Source: Chiloscyllium plagiosum (lineage: Eukaryota). From it: a DNA stretch of 64,000 nt. Where the stretch lies: positions 17,040,002 to 17,104,001 of the forward strand of contig NC_057719.1 in the NCBI RefSeq assembly GCF_004010195.1. Reading direction: 5' to 3'. Position 1 is the first letter of the stretch. Each line of letters starts with the position of its first letter. The notes under the pieces are model-generated. The model searched no databases, had not been told where the DNA came from, and was given only the letters and a program-made list of their open reading frames with translations. Of the stretch, positions 25,701 to 37,737 are shown piece after piece. A program made the position numbers and the translations under genes.

Positions 25701-26609
25701 CCGTGTTACGTTCACATTCATAGGAAATTTCTGTCATTGTGTAGGAAGTAGGGCGGACTCTGGAGTTGTTGGCTTTATCACTGACCCATACTTCCCTCTA
25801 TCACACCATCCTCTCTGGGAAGTCAGGATGGCAACATCACTCCTCACCCCCACATGAAGGAAATGTCAAAAATATTTCACTTCTTGTACTCTTACCCTAA
25901 AATGAATCAAAACTAATGTAAATAATTAACATGCAAATAATATTTCAATTTAAAAATATAATTTTAATTTTTAAATCATTTATATGACAAAGATATTCTG
26001 AAAATAATCATAAGTATTTGCATCACTTTGCATATAAATGTGCACACCATAGCTGCACAGTCCACAATGTGCATTTTTTCACTAATACAGAGTAAGTCAG
26101 GATATTTATCCAGCAATAATATTCACCTGCAAATTTCATGTTATGGTCACTAGCTGCCAAGCACACTTCCATAAATCCCCCTTTTCTCTCAAGTTTTGAC
26201 AATTCTTTTGTACCTAATCATGAAGTAATGATCCTGTTCACAGTTGGCCACTTCTAATAAAATAACAATGTCTTTAACTATTCTCTCTGAGCTTTCCACT
26301 CAGCCTTTTAGATTTTAAACCTTCTTAATCAGCTTGTATGGTACATTTTAGATCTCATGTTTCCTTTTCTGCTACATGGAAAATAACTGACTTCTTTCTA
26401 AGGGATGTAATTTTTTTGCTAAACATTCAGGCAGCAATTGTTCTAACTTAGAAAAAACTCAAGATATTCAGGAGGAGAAGAAATCATGTTTAGTTTATTA
26501 GACGTCTTTAATTAGTCAGTAAAGGCAAGTGTACCAATCACTTCATTCACTACTCTGTCTGTGAATCCACTTTGCCAAAAACAGTGAAGAAATAGAGTAT
26601 TACTTAAGA

Positions 26610-27230
26610 GTACAGCACATAACCAAGACAGCTAATGGGATGCTCTCTCTTATTATGAGATGAATCAGACGTAAAAATAAGGATGCTATGCTTCCAAACA
26701 GGAGCACACCTTGAATAATGCATGCAATTTTGGTTTTCTTGTTTCGGGTAGGATATGCATCGGAGGCGGTTCAGAGGAGATTTATTAGATCGAGACCTGG
26801 ATTCTCTTATGAGGATGGGTTGGACACACAATGCTTGGTTCCACTGGAGTTTCAGAGAATTAGGGGTGACTTGATTGAAGTATATAATATCCTGAATGGT
26901 CTCGACAAGGTGGACATGGAAAGGATATTTCTTCCTGGGGTGAAGCCAGATTTAGAGGGCAGCATTTTAAAATTAGGGGTCACCCTTTTAGGACAGAAAT
27001 GAGAGGATTGCTCTTTCTCAGTGTTGTGCAACTTTGGGACTTCCTACAATAGAAGTGGGTGTCACTGAATACTTTCAATTTAAAGGTAGACACATTCTTG
27101 TTGAGCAACTGAATCAATGGTTATGTGGAGCAGATGGGAATATGGAATTTAAAAGACAAACAAATCAGGCATGATTTTATTAAATAAGGGAGCAGACTCA
27201 AGGGGCCAAATGATTTACTTCCACTCATAT
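26610..27230 (+). mobile_element. Old CR1-clade LINE 3' fragment
   Basis: ORF 26718-27002 reads EAVQRRFIR..LEFQRIRGDLIEVYNILNGLDKVD. Confidence 0.8.
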
Positions 27231-28754
27231 TTTGTGTGTTTCTCCCTCTGTAGAAGGAACTTTCAGCAGCAGTGGCACTGCACAGTCCAATTGTAACAAC
27301 GCTTATTTGTAATTCTCAAACTTTCATGAAGTAAAATCAAAGTTACTCATCTTGATATTGCTGATTTTGGGGTATTATTCAATTAAGAAATTAAGAAACT
27401 AACCACAGTGTGAGATTAACTGTATGTCATGGCATTAGTTCTATCTGTAATACTTGTTTTAACACAATCTTTCACCTCACCACCTTGTGAACATCAGAGG
27501 ACGTACTCCAGATTTAAGCCTTAAAATATTAGCCCTTATATTTACTGAGCTAGCTGTGCAGTGAAGCAATTTATTCAGTTGATTGAAGAAGGGAGACTCA
27601 CCATCAATAGTCTGTCAAAAATTAAATAGTGAGAAAGAATTATAATTATTTTTAACACTCATAGATTTTTTTCTGTCCCTATTGTGGGTAAAATTTCCAA
27701 CATATTTTAATATAAAAATGAAAAAAATGTTAGAAAGTATGAAGTGTGAAAATTTCCTTTTGTTTCTTTCTAAAATTGTTCAAATATCAGCAAAATATAT
27801 CCATGGATTGTTTTAGGTTTAATGAACCCATATCCAAGTGTGAAGGAGACTTTCAAAACCCAGACAATTGAAACAGTAAACTCACTAAAGAACCTAAAGA
27901 AATGATTATCGACTAATATTCACCCAGCACTTACTCAATTCACTCCTTCTCTGACTCTACCTCCTATTTTTTTTTAAGTTATCAGCGACCATTATTTTAA
28001 AAATAGAAAACAGAAATAGCAAAATAAAAAAAATAATGAGGTTATTCATAATTTTTGGAACTGTTCACTTTTAGTTCAGAGATTGTCTCTTTAATGATTA
28101 ATCCTGAGGAATGATAACATATTAGAAGTATGTTAACTGAATGATGTTTAACCAGAGTATCTTACAACCAATATCCTTGTCAATCATTTTTCCCAAGAGT
28201 AATGCTGTATTATGGAAGGTAGATTTTTCCAATTACCTTCTCAACGTCTCTCTTTGGATTTTTTTTTCCCTTTCTCCCACATATTCCCTCTCTCCCACTC
28301 TCCTCTGTGTTAATGGCTGTAAGGGTTATGTATTTTAGTGTAAGACTCCGTGAAGTTGTTTTTATTTTAACAGTGTTCGTTTTCCCTCTCTCTCTCACCC
28401 CAATGGGTGGGCGTGAGTGGCAGCTGGGAAAGAGAAAGCAGGTGTTTTGGAAGTGAAGCGTGCCATCCAGCTCAGGCGTCAGGTAAAATAACGTCCCTCG
28501 GGGAACCATGCTCATCTGCATCAACACAACTGTCCTCCAAGGAGACACAAAAGCCAGTTGTGACCCGCTCCGGACAGCTGTTTGGCAGAGCACCAGCTCT
28601 GTCAGCCATAATTACAGCTAATTTATTGTGGTGCAATTTAACTCCTTCATATGCTCATTACGTGAAGGTTTTGTCACCTAAAGTAGTATAGTGGGCTTGC
28701 TTTCTTTATTCCATTAATAATGTATCATTAAACTTGGCATGTGAGGTGCATATC

Positions 28755-29135
28755 AGGTTTACAAAATTATGAGGGGCATGGATAGGGTAAATAGGCAAAG
28801 TCTTTTCCCTGGCGTGGGGGAGTCCAGAACTAGAGGGCATAGGTTTAGGGCGAGAGGGGAAAGATATAAAAGAGACCTATGGGGCAACGTTTTCACACAG
28901 AGGGTGGTACGTGTATGGAATGAGCTGCCAGAGGAAGTGGTGGAGGCTGGCACAATTGCAACATTTAAGAGGCATTTGGATGGGTATATGAATAGGAAGG
29001 GTTTGGAGGGATATGGAGGGTTTGGAGGGTGCTGGCAGGTGGGACTAGATTCAGTTGGGATATCTGGTCGGCATGGACGGGTTGGATTGAAGAGTCTGTT
29101 TCCATGCTGTACATCTCTATGACTCTATGACTCTA
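28755..29135 (+). mobile_element. CR1/HER1-type LINE 3' end
   Basis: ORF 28769-29122 reads SRTRGHRFRARGERYKRDLWGNVFTQRVVRVWNELPE; tail (CTCTATGA)n. Confidence 0.92.
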
Positions 29136-29484
29136 TTTAATCATAACAGCCATCTAAGTAGTCCTTATAAAAGAACACTTGGAATAGAATCTGAATCCAA
29201 TATCTAAATCTATGTTTAGATTTTGTTGTATTTGCATGAAACACGAGTTAGAAGTGGTGGAAGTCAAATATGAAGTGAGCCTGTCTCATTTTGTTTTTAT
29301 TTTGAACCTGTCATTTCTGTCAATGTTTTTACTCTCCCACTCCATCCTTTGTCCAAGCATCCTGATTTGACCAACACTGGCCTCACTTCACACGGCCATT
29401 TCCCATTCATGAGTCAAGCTCAGGTGATTGCTGGACAATTGGAGAATGAGGCTCTCAGACGTGTTGAATACTGACAAAAGTTAA

Positions 29485-29850
29485 CCAGCTCAGTGATCCT
29501 GGCTTCAAGACTTGCTCCAGAGTCATGAAGACATTATCTAAATGACCACTTCAGTGGAGTACTGAGGGTATGCGGTCCTGCCAGTTGTGCCATCTTTCCG
29601 ATGAGACATTAGGCAAAAGCCCCATTGATCATTCCTGATGAAGAGCTCATGTTTGAAACATCAACTCTCCTAATCCTTGGATGCTGCCTGATTGGCTGTG
29701 CTTTTCCAGTGCCATACTTTTTTGACTCTGATCTCCAACATCTGCAGTCCTTACTTTCTCCCTTCAAGCCCTGCTGATCCACTTCAGTGATAAAAGATCA
29801 TTTGACACTATTTGAAGAACAGGGGCATTCTGCTGGAGGTGTCTGAGGAA
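29485..29850 (+). mobile_element. Deu-domain SINE relic interrupted by a family A element
   Basis: CAGTGGAGTACTGAGGG..TGCCATCTTTCCGATGAGACATTA..AAAAGATC..CACTATTTGAAGAACAGGGG. Confidence 0.6.
29631..29762 (+). mobile_element. Family A short element
   Basis: CTGATGA at 29635-29641, A-GAGC-TCAT-GTTT-GAAAC; TSD-like 29617-29630 / 29766-29779 (11 of 14 match). Confidence 0.8.
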
Positions 29851-30856
29851 GGGTAGGTAGCATTCTGGCACCTGCACCCTTCTGGTCCACAGCACCAGGC
29901 TGACTGCATTCTACTTTCTCCTTTTCTTTCTTATTTTCTCTCTCATCTTCAATTATCCTTCACCTTTTTCTTCTTTTCGTAGGCGACAGCGAAAGAAGCA
30001 ATCAGTGCCGAGAGCAGGATCAGGCAGCCCCAAGGTGGACAGCAGCAAGAATGGGAGCAGGCAGTCCCTGGAATGGGAAAAGGCAGCAGGGATAAGGATG
30101 AGCCTGAAGTGGGGAGGTCGAGCCTGTTGTGAAGAATGTGAGACCAGCATGGCCAGGTGCTTATGGACTGTGGTGCTGAACTGTTAACCGTCTATCTTTT
30201 TTCTTCTATGTTTTAGTAAGAAGATCTGTAATATTTAACTTTTTAAACTTTATTTTCCTTATTTTTCTGCTTTGTAACTAAGATTCTGTACCTAGGTACC
30301 TTTGTACCTAAGATGTACCTGTAAGTGGTGGCTTGTAAACTTCTCACAGTACGCATGTGAGCACATGTGACAATAATTCTAGTTCAACGAAACATATTTC
30401 TGTTACTTGTTTTCTTGCTGGTTGTTAGATCTCACTATACATAAGTTGGTTGCTGTGTTCTCTACATTTTAGTAATGACTCACTTCAAGAGTATGACATG
30501 GGGTGCAGAACACTTTAGACATCCTGAAGTCATGAAGGGTGGAATCTAAATGGGGAATATATTTTTTTCCTTTTAGGGAATGGAAACCTTTGCTAAATGC
30601 CACTAACTCTAACAGGAAACAATCCTCCATCTAAACCAATACTGTTACCTAAACCAGTCCAGCTGATGAAATAACATCAAGGCTCACAAGCTTGTATATG
30701 CTTCACCTCAAGGAAATTTCCATCTGCCCACTCCCTGACAAAAATCACCCCTATACCGCCAGGTAAAGCATTTAAGTAATCATGTTTGTGTCAATGTGCA
30801 AATGCTAAAGCGCAAAATGAGACTGTACATATATCATAACTCTGTCTAAAAACATA

Positions 30857-30960
30857 GGCGAAAGTGAGGACTGCAGATGCAGGCAAAAGCCTGAAATGTT
30901 GATTTTGCTGCTCCTTGGATGCTGCCTGACCTGCTGTGCTTTTCCAGCACCACACTCTTG
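30857..30960. mobile_element. Family A rearranged short element
   Basis: Inverted family A pieces; 17-bp TSD ACTCT(G/A)TCTAAAAAC(A/G)T at 30839-30855 and 30961-30977. Confidence 0.8.
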
Positions 30961-31874
30961 ACTCTATCTAAAAACGTGACTTTCCATTGCCCATAATTTG
31001 GCCAACCGAAGTGAAACTTCCAGGTTTCTAAAAAATAGGATCATTCTCTGTGAATAACTGTGCATTTTCTTGTTTCTCTTCCCTTTATAAATGCCACTTC
31101 CATTGATCTTCGGGTTGACCATCATAACATTCTCCAAGGATGACATGTTAAATTCTCCGTTATACGTCTCTAGGAGTCTCAGCACTTTGAGCACTTTATC
31201 CACTCTGTGCTGTGCAGGGATGATTTACATGTTGCAGAAAATATCCTTTTTCCTTTATTATCCCACTCCACTTAATTGCCAACTATTGAAAAGCAATTTC
31301 TTGATATGGACCCTTCTTGAAAATCAACTATAATATTCTTGTCTCTCATATAGTTTTGTCCACAACAACAGCAGTTTTGTCCCTTTTGTCTCATTCCTTT
31401 GGGGTTGCTGACTTGTTTACATGCCAACCTATATTTTTGGACATCATCCTACCTCACTTGGCCTATAGTCTATCCCCCTTTGATACTGGAAGGTTTCCAG
31501 TGGTGTGGCTTGGCTCCTCACCAATAAGATTCCTCTTATGTTTTTTCCTGCCTCTGGCTCCTCTAACCATCCCATGCTTTCTCAAGTAGTTGCAAATCTC
31601 ACTTTTTCCTTGTTATGTGTGGTGTTTTGATTTCTCAGGTACCCAGATTCCCGACATTATTACCCTTCATGTGCGCTCAAAAGTATGCTCATGTACAAAG
31701 TTTAGAAACAAAGAAGGTATTTATTTCATCATTATCCACGTTGTACAGCAATTCATTTTTGAACTGAAGCTTTTTTCCCTTGCTTCTGTCCACAGAGCAG
31801 TGTGTTTTGACAGGGCACATTTCCATGAATGGCGAAAGTCTTCTGCTGCAAAACTCAACTGGCTATTTACTATA

Positions 31875-32296
31875 CGAAAGTGAGGACTGCAGATGCTGGA
31901 GATTAGAGTCAAGAATAGAGTTGTGCTGGAAAAGCACAGCAGGTCAGGCTGCATGTCCTGGGGGAGAGGGATTTGAAATGTTCGGCCACGGGGCGGAGGG
32001 GTTGTTTGGTTCGGGTATCTCGGAGATGTTCTCTGAAGCGTCTGTGAGTAGGCTACCAGTCTCGCCAACATAGTGGAGACCGCATTGAGAGCAGCAGATA
32101 CAATAAATGATGTGTGTGGAAGTGTTAGGTGAACTCTCAGCTACCTTCCCCCTATCCCCACCCCCCCCCCATTTATCTCTCCACCCCCAAGACTCCCAGC
32201 CTCACTCCTGATGAAGGGCTTTTTCCCAAAACATCAATTTTCCTGTTCCTTGGATGCTGCCTAACCTGCTGTGCTTTTCCAGCACCACTCTAAACT
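31875..32296. mobile_element. Rearranged PLE fragment: terminal repeat, GIY-YIG piece (minus strand), inverted terminal repeat
   Basis: 31975-32125 matches the PLE sequence at 12125-12290; family A repeats occur in opposite orientations; TSD TGGC(T/C)ATTTACT at 31860-31871 and 32297-32308. Confidence 0.8.
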
Positions 32297-34459
32297 TGGC
32301 CATTTACTGTGTGTGAGTTTAAACTGTAGAGGCGATAGAAAACTCAATGTTAGAGGGCACTGACATTGAACCGCATCCTCTTCTCAACTCATACCCACTC
32401 AGGCACGCTTTTACCAGTTGCATAGCTCTCAGAAGAGGAATCCTTGGCTGATTCCTCCCCTCCTTAGCTCAAGGCCAGTGAGGCTAACAAATTGCACCCT
32501 CCTACTGAATGAGGTCAACAGGCTGAACATCTTGGGGACCTTTCTAGTCTGTGCTGCACTTACACATCACTACACAACTTAAACATCTAAGTATCAATGA
32601 ACAGGCCTTTTGATTAGAAAGTTTCAAACCCACTGTCATAACAAGAATGAAACAGCAGTGTTCATGTATTATTTGGAGAGTCCCTCCCTTTATATTCAAG
32701 ATAATTTCACTGTGGTCTTCGGACAGTTGATCAGTCAATAAAACAAAGCCATGTATTCACCTGACTGTGTCACATCTCAAAAGTGCTTTGTTACCATTAC
32801 TGAAGCACAGGCAAAAACAGATTCTATTTCTCATAAGCTCCAAAATCAACACAATGAATGGGCAGTCACTCTATTTTTGATGGTGGAGGCTAAAGGAGGA
32901 ACATCAGCCAGGTCATTGAGGAAAGACCCTATTCTTCTACAGATAATGCCAGAAGATCGGTTACATCCATCTGAAGTGTCGGTAACCACAGAGTCAGGTA
33001 TTTGTCCATGCAGCAAGGTTGACTCATTAATTCCTAATTCCCATCATATAATATCTCCAAAAAATAAAATTACATTGCTGAATATTATGACATTTCAAAG
33101 CGCATAGTGCATTATTCCCCCTTGGTAATGAAATACACTGCAATATATTTTTAGATTATTTTGCAATATATTTCTGTTCCATAGGGGATTCTTCATTATT
33201 AATACTCAGAATAAACTTAAAATTCAAATCTTGTCATATTTATTATTGTTGTCCATGAAGGCTACAAGAACCGCAGAGAGTAAAGATCATTGGTTACCTT
33301 ACTGATACATCATTGCCTTCCAAGGAATGATTTAAGAAATTGCTTCAAAATTTCAAACGTATAGATTCAATTCACAAATCATTGAATCCTATTGCATAAA
33401 ATGTGCTTTCATTATGCAAAAAAAAAGGCTCAGCTCTTTTATGGCTTTGGGGAATCTGAATTTATATTCACTAGGAGCCATTTTCACCTAAAGCCAATAA
33501 AACAAAAGTAGTCCTTGTTTCTGGAAGCTACCTGCCAGCTACATGCTAACCTTAGCCTTAAGTAACCTTTAGCGATAAGTCCAAATTCTGCAGGTGATCT
33601 GGCCCTCTGCAAGTAAATGTTAGATGCAAGCTGTAGTGGTCGAAAGTGATTTTCTCCAACTGATTTTTATTAAAGTTGCTCTTAGAATGTCTATAATATA
33701 ATTCAGCTAGCTGAAACAGAAGTCCAGGTTTTTCTGGATACTTGAACCCATATTGAATTCCCATTAAGTATTAGGACAGAAGAATGATAGTTCAAAAGCT
33801 TCAAAGTTTTAACATTCATAACTTAGCTTTGAACAGAATGCTGGAAGGGAAAACCAAGCTTTTTTATTTCAAAATGGTGGGTCATTCCCTCCCCAGATCT
33901 CATGCCCACTGCCCCCCAGGAGTTAGCTTGCCTACCATGATGAAGTTGAGAGATCATTGAACTACTGAGGAACAGGCCACACTAAGGATTTGCGTATGCC
34001 ACACTCCTGTGGTACATTTGCCAGTATCTCAATGTCTTCACTAGCAACGCGCATGAAACTTTGGCACCAAAACCCAATTATTTTTGTATGTGCATCAGAA
34101 ATTTTCCTAATGCCACAAGGAGGGATAGTCTTCAACAATGAGGGATCCCCTAATAAACAGATCAAATTTTGAGAATGAATGTGTTGCCAAGATTTAGAAG
34201 CATAATTCCAAATTGTCAGGAATGTGAACTAATTACAGTAAAGCTGCAAACAAGTCTCCTAAATTTTGTTCAGTGATGTGAAAGGCAACACAACTGGAAA
34301 TGATACTCAGACAGCTACAACATAAAGCTCTTTCCAGAGATTACTAACTGCAAAGGGCTGCCAATCTCGAGTTTGAATAGGACCTTAATCACTTATTGCT
34401 GTGGGATACCGGGACTTTGGACATACCCAAATTGTCTGTCTCATCTTGATGGGCTGCAC

Positions 34460-35430
34460 GCAGTTTGATTTGATTTTTTTGATTTATTCATTATTGTCAC
34501 ATGTACCAAGATTCAGCAATAAACAATGTTTTGCATGCTATCCAGGTAAATCATACCTTACACAAATACATCAGAGTAATAGAACAGAATGCAGAATATA
34601 GTCTTGCAGCTACAGAGCATTTAAGGCTAAGGGGGACAGTTCAAAGGAGATGTGAAGGGCAAGTGAGTGGTAGGAGTGTGGTATGCATTGCCAGGTTTGC
34701 TGGTGAAAGCAGGTACTATAGGGACATCTAAGAGATTTTTAGATAAGCACGTGAATATGTAAGGAAAGGAGGGGGATATGGACCAAGAACAGGCAAAAGA
34801 GATTAGTTTCTTTTGGCTTCATGTTCAGCACAACATCGTGAGCCAAAAGGCCCTTTCCTACGCTGTACAGTTCTATGTTCTACGTTCTACAGGGGATGCA
34901 GAGAAAGATCAACTCTAACATATGAGAGGTCCATTCATTAGTCTGATAACAGTGGGGAATAAGCTGATCTTTAATCTGTTGGTACATGTTTTCAAACTTT
35001 TGTATCTTCTGCCCAATGGAAGAGGGTGGATGAGAGTATAACTGGGTAGGACAGGATTTTGAACGTGTTGGCTGCTTTCCCGAAGGAATGGGAAAGCAGT
35101 GTGGGAAGTATTCCATCACATTTCCCTCTTGATGCAACAGTCACATTTACATAATTTCTTTCATTTGAAAGTGTCACAAGTTCACAAATGGAAATGGAGA
35201 AAAAGATGGCAAGCTATTGGGGAACATGATAGAAGAAAGAGATTTGGTTGGATGCATTTTGAGAAATACTTTAAGGGTGGGAAGAGATTTGATTTGATTT
35301 GATTTGATTTGATTTGATATATTATTGTCACATATGCCAAGACACAGTGAAAAGTTTTGTTTTGCATGCTATTCAGACAAATTATCCCTCACATAAGGGC
35401 ATCAGGGTAATAGAACAGAATGCATAATTT
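34460..35430 (-). mobile_element. Cluster of Rex1-type tail fragments (about 34460-34620, 34890-35080, 35286-35430) with a nested + strand CR1 tail (34620-34885)
   Basis: (GATTT)n at 35286-35315 is the antisense of the (AAATC)n tail; the adjacent sequence is the reverse complement of 16480-16740. Confidence 0.7.
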
Positions 35431-37535
35431 CATGTCTAACCGGGCTGGACAGACTCAATGCAGGGAGCATGTTTTCCCTGGATGGAGAGTCTAGAACCAC
35501 AATCTCAGGATATGGACAAGGCCATTTAAATCTTGAGAAGTGGAAAAGGGTCTTCACTCAAAGTGATAGTGAAGCTGTTGAATTGTCTTTCACAGAAGGC
35601 TATGAAAGCCAAGTTATACAATTGAGAAAGAGACTGATAAATATTTGAATGTTAAAGGCATCAAGGGGTATGAGGGAAGCATGGTATTGAGGTTACAGGA
35701 AAAGCCATGACCATATGGAATGGAGAGAAAGCTCAAAGGACTGAATGGCCGACTCCTAATTTCTTAGTTTCTATGTTTCATCTCCCATCACTTTTCTGTT
35801 GGAAGTCACAGCCACCAGTGTAATAGCAGCAATTTCTCCAAGCTGCTCGTCCAGTGGCATCACCTGGGGGATGTGGCGCTAAGTCCCAGGCAAAGCTGAC
35901 AACCAGTGCTTACGTTGTCCTTATTGCACACTACCCACAAATTCAAGACTTTGTTTTCCTGTGTTGCAGGCATTTTGTGTGCTTTGACAGACTGTAATGG
36001 CTTGATTCAGAATTGCATCCTGATCTCTCAGGTCATCGATGTAAATTTAGAAGAGAACAAGATCAAAACCTGGAAACTGGAAAGCTCGAGCATCAGTACA
36101 GGTTATGTTTGAAGTTAGCTTGTGGATTGCCGTCTGTTGCTGTTGACCTGTAGTGAAGGCTAATAGCTATTTAAGGAAGCATTCTCCAGTGATGCAAGCC
36201 TGTAATTAAGTAATCAAACCTGAGTGACCTCTTACAATCAAAAGCTTTCTTTGTAACAAGAATTGCTTCTTGACGCCTTCCGGATTTATCCCGTATGAGT
36301 CAGTGCATAAGTAGGGTTGTATATTTTTCACAACTTGCACTACTGTGGCGAATTGGGAAACTAAATATAATCTTCACATCACTTTTTTTAAAAAATGCAT
36401 TAGAATTAGTGCTAGACCTGCTATTGGTTCGTACACCCAGAATCGGTCAGAAAGAGGAATTTCTAAGCACATGGATGCTAATTATTGGGTGATGAGGGTA
36501 AAGTTAGCTTGTTGCAGTTGTCAGCTTGTGATATTTTCAGCCAACACACCTTTAAATTAATTCTCAAGCACAGAGTGCTGCTTCTGCTGTTACTGGCAGA
36601 TAACTGTTGCTTCACCTTTATTATTTGCATATTTATTTTTTTAGCCTCTGAAAACTTATTTCCCAAATATGCTCACTGGGTCTTTTTCGGCTCTGTGCAC
36701 AGCTTCCCATCACGCCTTGTTGCAACAGGGGAGAATTAAAACAGAAGGATCAAAGAATAAGGCAACAAAGAAAAAGCAGGCCATTTGGTCCATCATTCCT
36801 GTGCTGGCTTTTTGCTAGATCTGCACAATTAGTCCCATTCCCGTGTCCTTTTCCCATCATCCTGCAATTTCTTTTTAGCCTTTAGACAGTTATCTGGTTC
36901 TCTTTGTAAATCATTATTAAAAATATTGCTGAACAAAAATATTACATTTGACATTTACTTTTGATTTGGTGAAACTATTTTACAAATTTTCCAAGGCACT
37001 TAATAGGCCATGTCCTTCTTTAAATCATCATTTCCATATTTTGTTAATTGCTGTTGACAATCTACATTGGGTCCATACATAATTGATAGAATTTGTCCTT
37101 CCTACGTATGCAAGAGCCATAAACTTGACTGAAAATGTGAATACCAACAATGATGGCTACATGCCAAAGGTCCAGGCAGCTTTGTGTTATGGACTTACCT
37201 CTATGGAAACTAGATTACCTCTCACAGGCTTGGTTCAAATTTCACATCAAACAGTGAAGCAGAATCATCAGCACTGCAGACTGAAAACTGGATGGGCAGC
37301 TGACAAATAACATTGGTAACCAACCCCAGAGAACAGTAAACTATGAAAATACGTTCTAATGCGTACTGCCATTATGAGAGTGGAAATGGGGAAAAAGATA
37401 GGAAATGTTATTGAGTCTTGTATCTACCCATTAAGGCCAGTGGATTATATTAATGATGGAATGACTTACAATGAGCACTTGATGCATTGTCATAGAACAA
37501 AGACTTTGTGCATTAGACTACTTTTGTTTGGCATG

Positions 37536-37737
37536 GAGAGTGTGGTGCTGGAAAAGCACAGCCAGTCAGGCAGCATCCGAGGAGCAGCAGAATCGATGTT
37601 TCAGGCATAAGCCCTTTATCAGAGCTTATGCTCGAAACATCGATTCTCTTGCTCCTCAGATGCTGCCTGACCACTGTGCTTTTCCAGCACCATTCTGTCG
37701 ACACTGATCTCCAGCATCTGCAGTCCGCACTTTCTCC
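37536..37737. mobile_element. Fold-back family A element
   Basis: Inverted arms; A-GAGC-TTAT-GCTC-GAAAC at 37621-37638; perfect 13-bp TSD CTACTTTTGTTTG at 37518-37530 and 37737-37749. Confidence 0.88.
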
